64,000 bases of DNA, from the NCBI GenBank assembly GCA_963729605.1, contig CAVSNY010000004.1, positions 256,001-320,000 on the forward strand, read 5' to 3'. Shown one piece after another: positions 1-12,050 of the stretch. The notes beneath the pieces were generated by a model. It made no database searches, had not been told where the DNA came from, and saw nothing but the letters and a program-made list of their open reading frames with translations. Each line of letters opens with the position of its first letter. The first letter of the stretch is position 1. The position numbers and the translations under genes are program-made. This stretch comes from an uncultured Gammaproteobacteria bacterium (GTDB taxonomy: Bacteria; Pseudomonadota; Gammaproteobacteria; DRLM01).

Positions 1-2
1 AT

Positions 3-2144
3 TATCCGGCTTTTTATAAAGAGGTGATCGCCGATGTCATGAAGATGACCGACGCCCGCGGCGGCGTGGTGCATTTGCTGGCTGGCGAAGACCGCGCCGC
101 GGCGGTTTTTTCCCGCAATATGCCTGAAGAGCGGATAAACGATATTGAAGATGCGCTGCGGCGTCGAGATCTTTGGGAACACATTTGCCGCGAGAAAAAA
201 ATCGTGCGCCTGGATGCGCTGGCGGCGAGTGACGGCATCGCCGAGGACGCGGCGCCGGGTCTGCTGGGCGTGCCCTTGGTGGTCAAGCAGACGGTTTTCG
301 GAATCCTGTATTTAGTGGAAGGGGGAAAGCCTTTTTCCGATAACGACGAAATCGCCCTCGGCATGTATGCGCGCGAACTCACCCAAGTGCTGGACCATCA
401 GCGGCTGATGGAGGCGCTGGAACGCGACAACGCCGAGCGCCGCGTCGCCGAAGACAGCCTGGCCCAGGCCCGGGCGCGTATTCAATCGCTGATCGATAAC
501 AGTCCGGCGCTCATCTATAGTTGCCGGCCCGACGACTTCGCGCTCACTTATATGAGCGACAATATCGAACGTATTTTCGGCGCCCGCGCGGCGGATTTCA
601 TCGGCGATGCCAGCTTGTGGATGGAACGCGTGCATCCGGACGATTTGCCGATGGTGATGGCCAAGTCGCAGGACTTGATGGCGAACGGGGAAAGGGTCTT
701 GGAATGCCGGGCGCTGCGTAACGACGGTGAATATTGCTGGATACGCGATAACGCGCGGGTGGTATGCGACGCCGCCGGCCGGCCGGTGGAAATTCTGGGG
801 GTGGTGACCGACATCACTGAATATAAATTGGCGGAACAGGCGATGCGTACGATGGAAGCCTCCGCGCAGGCGACATTGGATGGATTATCCAGCCGCATCG
901 TGTTGCTCAACGAGCGTGGCGAAATCATCGCCGTCAACGCGGCGTGGCGCGCCTGCGCCGAAAGTCCGGACAGTCTTTGGTGCGGCGGCTGCGTCGGTAT
1001 CGATTATTTGGAGCTGGCGCGCCAACGGTCCGGCCAAATCGCGATTCAGGACGGGGAAACCGCCGTGGCGCAGGGTCTTTCGGCACTGATGGCGGGACAG
1101 TGCCAAGAGTATTATCTCGAATATCTGCACGCGGCCGTTTCCGGCGCACGCTGGTACGCTTTGCATGCCACGCGTTTTCAAAACGCCGCCGATCTGCGCA
1201 TCGTGATTTCCGAGCAAGACATCACTCAGCGTAAATTGGCCGAGGCCGAACTCCGACAGCAGCATGCCGCTTTGCAAAGCATCAACAGCCGTTTGGAAAT
1301 GGCGAATCTGCAATTGCTGCAATCGGATAAAATGGCGGCGATCGGCCAGTTGGCCGCCGGAGTCGCCCATGAAATCAATAATCCGGTGGGTTACGTCAGT
1401 TCCAATCTGAGCAGCCTGCAACATTATGTCGATGATTTATTCCGGGTGATACGGGCCTATGAAGAGATTGAACCGGCTTTGCCGGAGCAAGGCGAGGCGT
1501 GGCGGGCCCTTCAGGCCGTCAAGAACGAGGTGGATTTGAATTTTCTCATGGAAGACGTCGTGAGTCTGCTTGGTGAATCGCAGGAGGGTGTGGCGCGGGT
1601 GCGGGATATCGTGCAAAACCTCAAGAGTTTTTCCCATGTCGACGAGCAGGTCTGGGAATGGAACGATCTGCATAAGGGATTGGACAGTACTTTGAACATC
1701 GTCCACAACGAACTCAAATACAAGGCGCAGGTGATCAAGGAATACGGCGACCTGCCGCTGATCGAATGCCGTTTGTCCCAGCTCAATCAGGTATTCATGA
1801 ATCTATTGGTCAATGCGGCGCAAGCCATCGAAGAGCGGGGAACCATTTGGATACGGACCGGTGTCGAAGGCGAGACGGTGTGGGTCGAGATCGAGGACAC
1901 CGGCAAGGGTATTTCGCCGGAACAACTGGGCCGGATCTTCGAGCCGTTTTTCACGACTAAACCGGTGGGCAAAGGTACCGGCCTCGGTCTGTCGCTCTCC
2001 TACGACATCGTCGCCAAACACGGCGGGCGTATCGACGTGAAGAGCACGCCGGGCAAAGGCAGCTGCTTTCGCATTTATTTATCCCGCTGCCGTCCGTCCG
2101 GCGAGGAAATCCGCGTGACGGCGCCCGAGGCATTGGAAAGGTGA
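3..2144 (+). CDS. GAF-PAS-PAS sensor histidine kinase (NtrB/HupT-like), 5' end probably outside window
   Basis: Frame is open from the window edge (ORF track starts at GTG 24). H-box [13 protein letters not shown]-box [30 protein letters not shown]; PAS motifs VHPDD and WIRDNA. Confidence 0.92.
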   Translation, partial: YPAFYKEVIADVMKMTDARGGVVHLLAGEDRAAAVFSRNMPEERINDIEDALRRRDLWEHICREKKIVRLDALAASDGIAEDAAPGLLGVPLVVKQTVFGILYLVEGGKPFSDNDEIALGMYARELTQVLDHQRLMEALERDNAERRVAEDSLAQARARIQSLIDNSPALIYSCRPDDFALTYMSDNIERIFGARAADFIGDASLWMERVHPDDLPMVMAKSQDLMANGERVLECRALRNDGEYCWIRDNARVVCDAAGRPVEILGVVTDITEYKLAEQAMRTMEASAQATLDGLSSRIVLLNERGEIIAVNAAWRACAESPDSLWCGGCVGIDYLELARQRSGQIAIQDGETAVAQGLSALMAGQCQEYYLEYLHAAVSGARWYALHATRFQNAADLRIVISEQDITQRKLAEAELRQQHAALQSINSRLEMANLQLLQSDKMAAIGQLAAGVAHEINNPVGYVSSNLSSLQHYVDDLFRVIRAYEEIEPALPEQGEAWRALQAVKNEVDLNFLMEDVVSLLGESQEGVARVRDIVQNLKSFSHVDEQVWEWNDLHKGLDSTLNIVHNELKYKAQVIKEYGDLPLIECRLSQLNQVFMNLLVNAAQAIEERGTIWIRTGVEGETVWVEIEDTGKGISPEQLGRIFEPFFTTKPVGKGTGLGLSLSYDIVAKHGGRIDVKSTPGKGSCFRIYLSRCRPSGEEIRVTAPEALER

Positions 2145-2248
2145 ATGATGAGTGCCGTTGATCGAGCGCGAACCGGGTATCGCGGGCCGGGGCGGATCGC
2201 GCCGCGCCTCGAGCGGCGCGCTGTCCGTGCGGCGGTCGAGCGCTAGCG

Positions 2249-2911
2249 ATGGCGGAATTCGACGAAGCCGCCCGGCGTTTGACCATCAAGCTGGTTTATT
2301 ACGGCCCGGCCCTCAGCGGCAAGACCACCAATCTCATCCGTCTGCACGACATGCTGCGGCCGGAGTTGAAAGGCGAGATGATGACCTTGGAAACCCGCAA
2401 TGACCGTACCTTGTTTTTCGATCTTCTGCCCTTGGGATTTCGCGCGCCTTCCGGTTTGCTGGTGAAGTTCAAACTGTATACCGTGCCCGGCCAGGTGGCC
2501 CACGACAGCACCCGCAAGGCGGTGTTGTCGCGCGCCGACGGCGTGGTGTTCGTCGCCGATTCCCAGCGTTCGCAAGGCGTGAACAACGCCGAGGCCTTTC
2601 AGAATCTGGCGGACAACGCTCAACGGGTGGGCCTGGATTTCGCCAGCCTGCCCTTGGTGGTGCAGTTCAACAAGCGCGATCTGCTCGACGGCGTCAGCGA
2701 AGAGGAGGTGGCGGCGCGCTGGGCGGCGACGCCGTGGCCGGTGATTTACGCCACCGCCATCAAAGGACTGGGAGTGCGCGAGACCTTTCGCTGCTTATTG
2801 GGCAAGGTGTATGAACTTATCGACCGTCAACATCAACTGGCGACGGCGCATGGCATGAGCGGTACCGCCTTCGTGAAGGCGGCGGAGGAGAGCGATGGCG
2901 AGCGTACGTGA
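2249..2911 (+). CDS. mglA: MglA-family Ras-like small GTPase
   Basis: KLVYYGPALSGKTTN (G1), RTLFFD (G2), TVPGQ (G3), NKRD (G4) are the MglA signature motifs. Confidence 0.9.
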   Translation: MAEFDEAARRLTIKLVYYGPALSGKTTNLIRLHDMLRPELKGEMMTLETRNDRTLFFDLLPLGFRAPSGLLVKFKLYTVPGQVAHDSTRKAVLSRADGVVFVADSQRSQGVNNAEAFQNLADNAQRVGLDFASLPLVVQFNKRDLLDGVSEEEVAARWAATPWPVIYATAIKGLGVRETFRCLLGKVYELIDRQHQLATAHGMSGTAFVKAAEESDGERT

Positions 2912-4142
2912 TGCGGGCGACGGGTTGACCGAGTGGTGTTTCGACCGCGATCTGACCCTCAGTGAATTGCTGACCGGCGTGGACGGCGGGCGTTTGTTCG
3001 ACGCGTTGAAGATCCTGCTCGCGGCGCCGCTGCGCCTGGTGGATACCGAGGATCAGGTGTTGTTGGGGACCGACGTGCCCGCCGCGGCGCGGCGAGTGGT
3101 GATCAAGGGTGAACTGGAGCCGCTCGGTTATCTGGAGGCCCTCGCCCCGGAAGAGGCCTTGCGCGCCGCCGCGCAGTTGCTGGAAATCATTCTGCGCGGC
3201 GCGGCGCGTTATCAAATGGCGTCGGACCTGCATCTCGAGGCGGTGAGCGAGGATTACCGCGAATTGCAACGCCGCCACGACGCCTTGCAGATGTCCGAGG
3301 CGCGCTACCGCGCCTTGACGGCGACCTTGGAACAACAAGTGGCCGCGCAGGTGCAGACCATCGACAACGCCCGCCGCCAGCTCTATCAATCGGAAAAACT
3401 CGCCGCGGTCGGCCAGCTCGCGGCGGGCGTGGCCCATGAAATCAACAATCCCATCGGTTTCATCAGCAGCAACCTGTCCACGGCCCTCGCCTATTTGACC
3501 AAGCTCGATGAATTCGGCGGGCGCCTCGCCGAACACGGGACGGCGCCGTTGCGAACGGCCTGGCGCGAGGCGGATCTGGATTATGTGCTCAAGGACTTTT
3601 CCGCGCTGATGCAAGAATCCTTGGACGGCGCGCGCCGGGTGACGCGCATCGTGGCCGATCTCAAAGGGTTCTCGCGAGTGGATAGCGCCGCGGTCGCGCC
3701 GGCGGACGTCAACGAGATCATCCGCGGGATGTGCAATGTCAGCCGCGGTCAGACCGAGGGTCGGGTCGAGTTGGTATTGGATCTGAGTCCGCTGCCGATA
3801 CTGGAATGTAACGCCGCCGCCTTGGGTCAGGTGTTCTACAATTTACTCAGTAACGCCGCGCAGGCGATGGAGGGCCAGCCGGCGGCTCGTCTGCGGATCG
3901 CCACCGTCCAGCGCGGGGGAGAGATCGTAATCACGCTGGCGGACAACGGCCCCGGCATTCCCGCCGAGGTGTTGCCGCGGATCTTCGATCCGTTCTTCAC
4001 CACCAAGGACGTGGGGCAGGGCACGGGACTCGGCTTGACGGTGTGTACCGATGTCGTGCACGCCCATCGGGGCCGCATCACCGTCCAGAGCCGTGAAAAC
4101 GTGGGGACTGAATTCACGGTGTATTTACCGCTGCCGGGTTGA
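2895..4142 (+). CDS. Cytoplasmic sensor histidine kinase
   Basis: [47 protein letters not shown]; overlaps the mglA stop; no transmembrane segment visible. Confidence 0.92.
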   Translation: MASVRDAGDGLTEWCFDRDLTLSELLTGVDGGRLFDALKILLAAPLRLVDTEDQVLLGTDVPAAARRVVIKGELEPLGYLEALAPEEALRAAAQLLEIILRGAARYQMASDLHLEAVSEDYRELQRRHDALQMSEARYRALTATLEQQVAAQVQTIDNARRQLYQSEKLAAVGQLAAGVAHEINNPIGFISSNLSTALAYLTKLDEFGGRLAEHGTAPLRTAWREADLDYVLKDFSALMQESLDGARRVTRIVADLKGFSRVDSAAVAPADVNEIIRGMCNVSRGQTEGRVELVLDLSPLPILECNAAALGQVFYNLLSNAAQAMEGQPAARLRIATVQRGGEIVITLADNGPGIPAEVLPRIFDPFFTTKDVGQGTGLGLTVCTDVVHAHRGRITVQSRENVGTEFTVYLPLPG

Positions 4143-4214
4143 ATCAGCCGGAAACGCGACAGCGGTACCGCACTACGACTACTACGCCAATCGGGAACCG
4201 ATTTCGAGATCGCC

Positions 4215-6458
4215 ATGTCACGTTATGCCTCCTTATTCACCGACGCCTCGGCGCCGCCGCCCGAGTCCAGTCCGCCGGACGTGACCTATCGCATCCTGCT
4301 GGTGGACGACGAGCCCAATGTGCTGCGCGCCCTGCGGCGGGTGTTTCATCGCGAGCATTACGAGATCGTCACCGCCGCCGACGGCAATCAGGCCCTCGCC
4401 CTGCTCGCCGAGCGGGAATTCCAGCTCATCATCTCCGATTACATGATGCCCGGCCTCAACGGCGCCGAGCTGCTGAAACGCGCCAAGAACATGCGGCCCG
4501 ATATGATCCGCATCATGCTCACCGGCCATGCCGACGCCGGCGCGGTGATGGGCGCGGTCAACGAGGGCGCGGTCTATAAATTCATACTCAAACCCTGGAA
4601 CGACGACGATCTGCGGGTGACCACGGCCTTGGCCCTGGAGCAATATGATCTGATCCAGCGCAATCGCCGTTTGCAGAGCGAGAATACCAAGCAGGGCCAA
4701 GAGATCACCCGGCTCAGCAAACTGACGGTCACCAACCGCAGCCAGTTGGCGATCATGCTGCACAAGCGCGGCCTGCTCAACGACGCCCAGGTGCAGGAGC
4801 TGTATAAGCTGTATCAAGTCCGTAAAGAACCTTTGATCAAGCTGCTGTTGGAGAAGGGCTGGGTGGAGGAGCGGGCGATACGCGCCATTCTGCGCAAGGA
4901 CCTGATGGTGGACGAGGTGCAACTCGCCGAGTTCCAGGTCGATCCGGCGGTGACGGTGCTGCTGCCGCGCAGTTTTTGCGAACGGCAATGGGTGATCCCG
5001 CTCAAGCTGCAAGGACGGCGGCTGATGCTGGCGGTCGCCGATCCGATGGACCAGGGCCTGGTGGACGATCTGCGTTTCATCTCCGGTTTGGAGGTGCAGC
5101 CGGTGATGGCCGACGTGGCCGCCATCCAGGCCAAGATCAAGGAGGTCTACGGCGACCGCGACGACACGTCGCTCGTCGAGCTGAATACCGTGGTGGGATC
5201 GAGCGATCCGCTCGACACCATCGAGATCGTGATTGAAGACGAGGAAGACGTCGCGCTGGACGAACTGCTGCGCAGCACCGAGGAGCCGCCGGCCATCCGT
5301 CTAGTAAACGCGGTGATCCTCGAGGCCCTGCGCATGGGGGTGAGCGATATCCACATTCAACCCCGCACCAAAAACGTGGTGGTGCGTTACCGCCTCGACG
5401 GCGTGCTCACCGACAAGATTCAGATACCCCATTATCTCTATCCGTCCCTGGTGTCGCGCATCAAGATCATGGCGGAGCTCAACATCGCCGAGCGGCGGCG
5501 CCCGCAGGACGGCCGCATCGCGGTGAAGACGCCGAACCGTATCGTCGATCTGCGCATCTCGACCTTGCCGACCATCAACGGCGAGAAGATCGTGATGCGT
5601 ATCCTCGACCGCAATTCGGCGATCCATCGCATCGAGGAACTGGGTTTCGCGGCGAACGATCTGGACAAGGTGCTGGCCATGGTCACCCGGCCGCAGGGCA
5701 TCATACTCGCCACCGGTCCCACCGGCAGCGGCAAGACCACCACTTTGTATTCTTTGTTGCAGCACGACGCGACGCCGACCAAGAACTACATCACCATCGA
5801 AGACCCGGTGGAGTATTACCTCGACATGGCCGGCCAGGTCCATGTGCGCGAGAAAATCGTGGATTTCGCGGGGATACTCCGCGCGGTGCTGCGCCAGGAT
5901 CCGGACGTGATACTGCTGGGCGAGATCCGCGACACCGCGACCGCCGACGTGGCGTTTCAAGGCGCGCTCACCGGCCATCTGGTGTATTCGACACTGCACA
6001 CCAATTCCGCGGCGGCCACCATCGCCCGCCTCTTCGACCTCGGTCTCAAGCCTTATGTGGTGGCGTCCGCGCTGGAAGGCATCATCGCCCAACGGCTGGT
6101 GCGGCGCATCTGTCCCGAATGCCGCGAGCCCGCGGCGGCGGAGCCGACCCTGCGGCGCCGGCTGGGTGCGTTGTTCACGGAAGAGCTGACCGCCAGCTTC
6201 CGTGGTCGCGGCTGCGGCCATTGTCACAACAGCGGTTATCGCGGCCGTTTGCCCCTCTACGAGGTCTTGGTGCCCGACGATGAATTGCGCCATCTGATCG
6301 GTAGTGGCGCCACGGTCCTGGATCTGACGCGACTCGCCCGCCGGCGCGGCGCCGGCAGTTTGCTGGAAGACGCCCAGCGCAAGGCCAACGCCGGCTTGAC
6401 CACCTTCGAAGAAGTCCTGCGGGTCTTGGGCGCGCAGTCCCCGGAGACCGTGATCTAG
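4215..6458 (+). CDS. Receiver domain fused to MshEN-like region and PilB/GspE secretion ATPase
   Basis: REC motifs [21 protein letters not shown]; ATPase motifs SDIHI, RRPQDGR, Walker [31 protein letters not shown], His box [15 protein letters not shown]...CGHC zinc motif. Confidence 0.93.
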   Translation: MSRYASLFTDASAPPPESSPPDVTYRILLVDDEPNVLRALRRVFHREHYEIVTAADGNQALALLAEREFQLIISDYMMPGLNGAELLKRAKNMRPDMIRIMLTGHADAGAVMGAVNEGAVYKFILKPWNDDDLRVTTALALEQYDLIQRNRRLQSENTKQGQEITRLSKLTVTNRSQLAIMLHKRGLLNDAQVQELYKLYQVRKEPLIKLLLEKGWVEERAIRAILRKDLMVDEVQLAEFQVDPAVTVLLPRSFCERQWVIPLKLQGRRLMLAVADPMDQGLVDDLRFISGLEVQPVMADVAAIQAKIKEVYGDRDDTSLVELNTVVGSSDPLDTIEIVIEDEEDVALDELLRSTEEPPAIRLVNAVILEALRMGVSDIHIQPRTKNVVVRYRLDGVLTDKIQIPHYLYPSLVSRIKIMAELNIAERRRPQDGRIAVKTPNRIVDLRISTLPTINGEKIVMRILDRNSAIHRIEELGFAANDLDKVLAMVTRPQGIILATGPTGSGKTTTLYSLLQHDATPTKNYITIEDPVEYYLDMAGQVHVREKIVDFAGILRAVLRQDPDVILLGEIRDTATADVAFQGALTGHLVYSTLHTNSAAATIARLFDLGLKPYVVASALEGIIAQRLVRRICPECREPAAAEPTLRRRLGALFTEELTASFRGRGCGHCHNSGYRGRLPLYEVLVPDDELRHLIGSGATVLDLTRLARRRGAGSLLEDAQRKANAGLTTFEEVLRVLGAQSPETVI

Positions 6459-6701
6459 CGCCGCGACATCATTCGCGCACGCCCGGCGGTCCTCTCATTC
6501 GGTTGAATGTCACTGTCCGCATCCCCCTTGGCCAGCGTCGTTCTGGTAAAAATACGCGGACACACCGCGCCTGTGACCGCCGTCGCGACGCCCGCGCCTT
6601 CCGCCGCCGCGATCTTGTATACTCCGGGGGCGTATCAGCAAGGCACCGGCAACGGATGCGAGTGGCGCTCTCGCCACCTCAACACAGGGAAGGATGAACC
6701 T

Positions 6702-7971
6702 ATGTCTTATCGGAAGAGTCTCGAAACAATTCTGGCGGCGGTGCTTGCCGTCTTCTCCACCGGCGCCTGGGGAGACGGTTTCAACGACGTATATGTGATC
6801 GGCGATAGCTTGTCCGACCAGGGCAACTTGTTCAACGCCACGCAGCAGAGCACCGGCAACGGCGTGCCGGCCGACGATCACTATTATCAGGGACGCTTTT
6901 CCAACGGCGAGATTGCCGTGGGCCTGCTGGCGCGGAAACTCGGCGTGCATTTGAAGGCGTCGAGTGAAGGCGGCAACAATTTCGCCTACGGCGGCGCGCG
7001 CACCGACTTACAACGTGGTGGAAGCGGATGTCGTCAAACCCTTTCCGGTGTCTCTGCTGCCGCAGGGCGGCGCCTTTCCCGAGGACGCCTTCCCGTGGAC
7101 CATCAATGGCCAGAGCGCCGTGTTCGCCGCCCGTCCTGTTTCCAACCCCGATGCGCTCTACGTGGTGTTCACGGGTTCGAATGACGTCGCCGATCTGATC
7201 AACATGGTGGCGGCGCACGCGGTGAATCCGGCCTTCCCGGCGGTCGATGTCCATGCCGTGATCGCGAACGTGGTGCAGGATATCGACGCGGCCATCGCCG
7301 CCGCGGTGGCCGCCGGGGCGCGGGACGTGCTGCTGCCCAACGTCCCCAACTTCGGGATCGTGCCCCGCGTCACTCGCTCAGGTCCCGCGGTGGCCGCTCT
7401 CGCGAGTGGCCTGGCGCGGCAATACAACGCGGCCTTCGCCGCCATGCTGGCCGGTTGGACGGGGCGGGTGAACATCATCCCCTTCGATATGTATGCCCTG
7501 TCGTCCGCGGTCGCCGCGCGTCCCGCCGCCTTCGGCTTCAGCAATGCCACGCTACCCTGCTACTCCGGTTTCGTCGCTCCCGGCGGACCCGACGCCACGG
7601 TTTGTCCCACCCCCGCCAGCTACGTGTTCTGGGACGATGAACATCCCACCGCGGCCTTCCATGCCCTGCTGGCGGAACGCCTGTATGCCGCCGTCATGAT
7701 CGATATCTTCGATGACCTCGCCGAGCGCGTGCACGGCGTGCCCGCGCCCAAGGGCGTGACGGCCGCGCTCGCCGCCAAATTGGAGGGCGTCAGACGGCTG
7801 CTGACGGATGCCGGTACCGCCAATGACGCGGGCGCCGTCAACAAGCTTAAAAGTTTCGTCCTCGCGGTGGAGGCTCAGCGGCGCAAAGGCAAGTTGTCCG
7901 CAGCCGAGGCCGCCGTCCTCAGCGAGCGGGCGGAGAAGCTCATCTTTCTAGTGAAGCGGCCGCAGGGTTGA
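6702..7971 (+). pseudogene. Secreted SGNH/GDSL lipase-esterase with C-terminal FIMAH-like helical domain; +1 frameshift near 7009 (real or sequencing error)
   Basis: Signal peptide, GDSLSD, GRFSNG, NFAYGGART in the first frame; GSND and WDDEHPT in the next frame. ACCGACTTACAAC carries one extra T. Confidence 0.85.
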
Positions 7972-8050
7972 TGCGCTCGACGATGTCGCCGCGCCGGTGA
8001 GCGCGACGGTTTTCAAATAACCTAAACCGGCGCGCTGCCGCCGCCTGCAT

Positions 8051-8626
8051 TCAGAAGCCCATACGCTGGCCGGCGCCCAGCAGCGTGGCGATGCCGAGTA
8101 TCGCGAAAATGGCCGCCGCGATGCCGTGAACCAAGCGGACGGGCATGCGCCGGGCGATGCGGTCTCCCAGCAGGACGGCCGGTACGTTGGCGATCATCAT
8201 GCCGAGGGTGGTGCCGGCGACCACGTAGAAGAAGGCCTGGTATTGCGCGGCGAGGGCGACGGTCGCGATCTGGGTCTTGTCGCCCATCTCGGCGAGGAAG
8301 AAGGCGACCAAGGTCGTGCCGAAGACACCGAAGCGGGCGAGCTTGGCGTCGCCCTCGTCGAATTTATCGGGAACGAGTATCCACACCGCCATCGCGATGA
8401 AGGACAGGCCGAGTATCCAACGCAAGGTCTCGGGCGCGAGCAAGGACGTGAGCCACGCCCCGAGCGCGCCGGCGAAGGCGTGATTGGCCAGGGTGGCGAC
8501 CAGGATGCCCAATACGATAGGCAGGGGTTTGCGGAATTTGGCCGCGAGGAGGAAGGCGAGGAGTTGGGTCTTGTCGCCGATTTCGGCGAGGGCGACCACG
8601 CCGGTCGAGATGAGGAAGGCTTCCAA
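8051..8626 (-). CDS. TMEM165/GDT1 (UPF0016) Mn2+/Ca2+ exporter
   Basis: Two E-x-G-D-K-T motifs (LAEIGDKTQ, LAEMGDKTQ); TTG start after an AAGGAG RBS. Confidence 0.93.
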   Translation of the reverse strand: MEAFLISTGVVALAEIGDKTQLLAFLLAAKFRKPLPIVLGILVATLANHAFAGALGAWLTSLLAPETLRWILGLSFIAMAVWILVPDKFDEGDAKLARFGVFGTTLVAFFLAEMGDKTQIATVALAAQYQAFFYVVAGTTLGMMIANVPAVLLGDRIARRMPVRLVHGIAAAIFAILGIATLLGAGQRMGF

Positions 8627-8689
8627 AATGACTGCTCCTTGGCCGGACACGATCCCATGACCATACGCCTCCCCGGCCAAATCCGGAGG

Positions 8690-8810
8690 CGGTATGGTCA
8701 AAGGTCTTGCCAAGCAAAGGCACCGCTTGCGCCATGACCGTGAGGTCAAGTGTGTTGACGCAAGCCCCTTCCGCGCGGTGCGAAGGGCGGCTACTCCCCA
8801 ATGACGGGCG
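8690..8810 (-). ncRNA. yybP-ykoY manganese riboswitch
   Basis: Minus strand reads TTGGGGAGTAGCCGCC...GCGTCAACACACT...GGCAAGACCTTTGA, the conserved yybP-ykoY blocks, directly upstream of a UPF0016 gene. Confidence 0.88.
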
Positions 8811-8978
8811 GGATTTTACGCAGCCGGGCTTCCCGCGTCCATCGAAAATTTTCGTTAAGCGGGACCGCCGACGCCGAAGCCGTCCAGGCCAATGCCACAA
8901 CATTATTTATTCTCCGTGTCCTCCGGGATCGATATCCGCATTTTTCAGGATCGATGACGCCGGCCCGTAGCGGAAAGC

Positions 8979-9296
8979 TCAGCGCGGCTGGAAGGCGATG
9001 ATGCCCATGCCGATCAAGGCGACGCCGGCGCCGACCACGTCCCAGGTCGTCGGCCGGATGCCGTCCACCGCCCACAGCCAAACCAGCGCCGCGCCGATGT
9101 AGACGCCGCCGTAAGCGGCATACACCCGGCCCGCCGGGTGGTCGTGCAAGGTCAACAGCCAGGCGAACAGCGCGAGGCTGGCCGCCGCCGGCAGCAATAG
9201 CCAGACCGAGCCTTGGCGCTGCAACCACAGATAGGGAAGGTAGCAGCCGACGATCTCGGCGAGGGCCGTCGCGAGGTAGAGCAAAAGGGTTTTCAT
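8979..9296 (-). CDS. ynfA: YnfA/UPF0060 small membrane protein
   Basis: [10 protein letters not shown] and [12 protein letters not shown] motifs; four TM helices. Confidence 0.9.
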   Translation of the reverse strand: MKTLLLYLATALAEIVGCYLPYLWLQRQGSVWLLLPAAASLALFAWLLTLHDHPAGRVYAAYGGVYIGAALVWLWAVDGIRPTTWDVVGAGVALIGMGIIAFQPR

Positions 9297-9323
9297 GCCG
9301 TGTTAACGCGGCCGCGCCGCGAG

Positions 9324-11033
9324 TTAACGCGCATCATCTTCGACCGCCGCGCCCATGCGGGCCAGCACATGGCGGGTCATGCCCTGCGCCAATTCGTGTT
9401 CGCCGAGGAAGACTTTGCCGACGTTTTCCTTTTGCAACAGTTGCGCCTCTTCTTCGCTGTGGGTGCGCAAAACCGTTTCAATGGCTGGATTGAGGGTGCG
9501 GGCGATCTCCACCATCTTGCGGACATGAAAGGTGTCCGGCGTGGCGATGACCAGCATGCCGGCCCGCGCGATATGGGCCTGGATCAACACCGCGGGATCC
9601 GATGCATCGCCCGAGACGGCCGGGATGTTGCGGGCGCGCAATTTTTCCACTATCTCGCGGTTCTGCTCGGCGACGACATACGGAATATGTCTCGCGGTGA
9701 GCGCCTCGGCGATGCGGCGGCCGACCCGCCCGTAACCCACCAGCACCACTTGGCCGGTCAGTTGAGACTGATCGACCGACATCGGCAATTCAGCGAGCGG
9801 ATCGGTTTTTTGCTCGAGTTTCCGCGCGAGGCCGGAGCGGGTGCGGACCCAGGCCTGCGCCGGCTCGATGGCCGCGAAGACCAGCGAATTGAGCGCGATG
9901 GAAATCAAGGCGCCGGCGAGGATCAGGCTTTGCCCTTCGAGCGGCAGCAGATCCAGCGCGACGCCGAGTCCGGCCAGGATGAAGGAGAACTCGCCGATCT
10001 GGGCCAGGCTCGCCCCGACCGTGAGCGCGGTGTTGAGCGGATAACGGAAGGCCAGCACCAGGGCGACGGCGGCGAGGGTCTTGCCGACCATGATGATGGC
10101 GACCACCGCCAGCACTTTGAGCGGTTCATCGACCAGCACCATGGGGTCGAACAACATGCCGACCGAGACGAAGAACAACACCGAGAAGGCATCGCGGAGC
10201 GGCAGGGATTCGTCGGCGGCGCGGTGGCTGAATTCCGACTCGCGCATCATCATGCCGGCGAAAAAGGCGCCCAGCGCGAAGGACACATCGAACAATACCG
10301 CCGAACCGTAGGCGACCCCGACCGCCGCCGCGATCACGCACAGCGTGAACAGCTCGCGCGAACCGCTGCGCGCCACCAGCCAGAGTATGTGGGGAAACAC
10401 CCGGCGTCCCACCACCAGCATCAAGGCGATGAAGGCCGCGACCTTGGCCAGGGTGAATCCCAGCGTCGTCCACAGATTGCCGGCATCGGCCGCATCCGGC
10501 TTGCCGCCCAGCAGCGCGGCGAGGGGCGGCAGCAACACCAGCGCCAGGACCATCACCAGATCTTCGACGATCAGCCAGCCCACCGCGATGCGGCCGTTGA
10601 CCGATTCCAATACGCCGCGGGCCTCGAGCGCGCGCAGCAGCACCACCGTGCTGGCGACCGACAAGGCGAGGCCGAACACCAGCGCCGCGCCCAGGTTCCA
10701 GCCCCAGAAGTGAGCGGTCACCATGCCCAGCGCGGTGGCCACCGCGATCTGCACGATGGCGCCGGGGATGGCGATGCGGCGGACGGCGAGCAAGTCGTTC
10801 AAGGAAAAATGCAGCCCCACGCCGAACATCAGCAGCATCACCCCGATCTCGGCGAGCTGCACGGCGAGTTCCATATCGGCGACATAACCGGGTGTGGCAG
10901 GGCCGATCATGATGCCCGCCAGCAGATAGCCGACCAGCGGCGGCATCTTCAAACGCGACGCAAGGTAGCCAAAAATCATCGCCAACCCCAGCCCGGCTGC
11001 AATGGTGGTGATCAGGTTGATGTCGTGAGGCAT
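9324..11033 (-). CDS. ybaL: CPA2 cation:proton antiporter with TrkA-N domain (YbaL/RosB family)
   Basis: MPHDINLITTIA start, LAEIGVMLLMFGVGLHFS, LAQIGEFSF, C-terminal VGYGRVG. Confidence 0.9.
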   Translation of the reverse strand: MPHDINLITTIAAGLGLAMIFGYLASRLKMPPLVGYLLAGIMIGPATPGYVADMELAVQLAEIGVMLLMFGVGLHFSLNDLLAVRRIAIPGAIVQIAVATALGMVTAHFWGWNLGAALVFGLALSVASTVVLLRALEARGVLESVNGRIAVGWLIVEDLVMVLALVLLPPLAALLGGKPDAADAGNLWTTLGFTLAKVAAFIALMLVVGRRVFPHILWLVARSGSRELFTLCVIAAAVGVAYGSAVLFDVSFALGAFFAGMMMRESEFSHRAADESLPLRDAFSVLFFVSVGMLFDPMVLVDEPLKVLAVVAIIMVGKTLAAVALVLAFRYPLNTALTVGASLAQIGEFSFILAGLGVALDLLPLEGQSLILAGALISIALNSLVFAAIEPAQAWVRTRSGLARKLEQKTDPLAELPMSVDQSQLTGQVVLVGYGRVGRRIAEALTARHIPYVVAEQNREIVEKLRARNIPAVSGDASDPAVLIQAHIARAGMLVIATPDTFHVRKMVEIARTLNPAIETVLRTHSEEEAQLLQKENVGKVFLGEHELAQGMTRHVLARMGAAVEDDAR

Positions 11034-11501
11034 TACTTCTCTTCCTTCCTGGCGGGTTTCGGCCGCGTCGCTTGGCCGGGACGTCCTGATCGGCGGCCGA
11101 TGCGGCGGCGTCCCCGCGATTTATCTATGTGAATTGAGGTTTGACTAAGCGGCAGATCGCCGGCGGTGGCCGGGACTGCCGTGAGGATTTTATAGACCGA
11201 CCGCGATTTAGGACAGCGCCGACCGCGGCAGGGTCAGCGGGATATGGTAACCCGGTTGTCCCGGTCTGGCGATGAGTTACTGAAACCCCGTTACCGAAGC
11301 CGCCTTCATTTTGCCTTGTGCGTTCTAACAAGAAGGTGGGCCGGGGCCGGGCGAGTGAGAAAGCATTTTCAGCACACTCCAGTGCATGGGCGGCGTGGGG
11401 AGTGAGGAAATCGCGCGGCGTACCTCTGGCCTCAGGCCCGGGTTTGCGTGATGCGTCGGCCCGCCGATGCGGCCTGTGATGCCAGGGCTCTAATACATCA
11501 T

Positions 11502-11543
11502 GCTCTGAAAATTCCAGGATGGAATTATTCAGAGCTTCCTTAA
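11502..11543. repeat. 42-bp palindromic MITE end, near-identical to 35477-35518 in reverse orientation
   Basis: Reverse complement TTAAGGAAGCTCTGAATAATTCCATCCTGGAATTTTCAGAGC differs at 3 positions from the copy at 35477. Confidence 0.8.
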
Positions 11544-12050
11544 TAAATACATGGGCGTAAACGGGGCTGCGATCGCCCCGGCGGCGCTGGCTAAGCTTCT
11601 CGATGCGGGGCCGATAATATTGCAGCGGCATCAGCGGCGCAGGGAAGCCTCGGGGGTTTTCCCGCCCCGTCCCGGCTTGGGGCGGCAGCGCTGGCGATGA
11701 AGCGCAGGGATATGGTTATCACCTCCCGTGGAGTTTGTAATACGGATGTTTGTATTCGCCGACCGGCCCATGCCTCTTTTCATTATTATTTCGCTATCGG
11801 AAATAATGCAGCCGTGGTTGCGCGCCTCGATCAGGGCCCGCGGCAATCCAAGTCGGACCTCGACGACTCTCCGCCTTGCGCGTTTTCCTTCTCGCGCCCT
11901 GTCCGTCTTCGCCCCCAGGTTTACCTCGCCGCCGCCGTGCTCGATCGGCCGGTGGGCGGTGGATGAACCGAGCCACGTCAGTACCTCGGCGCGGATACCG
12001 GTTGCAGCGGTCGCAATGTTTCAACGGCATAGGCGGCGCGGAGTGGGGAT

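Noticed and set aside
9213-11132. 639-aa plus-strand ORF
   Set aside because: Antisense shadow of ybaL, typical of high-GC codon bias.
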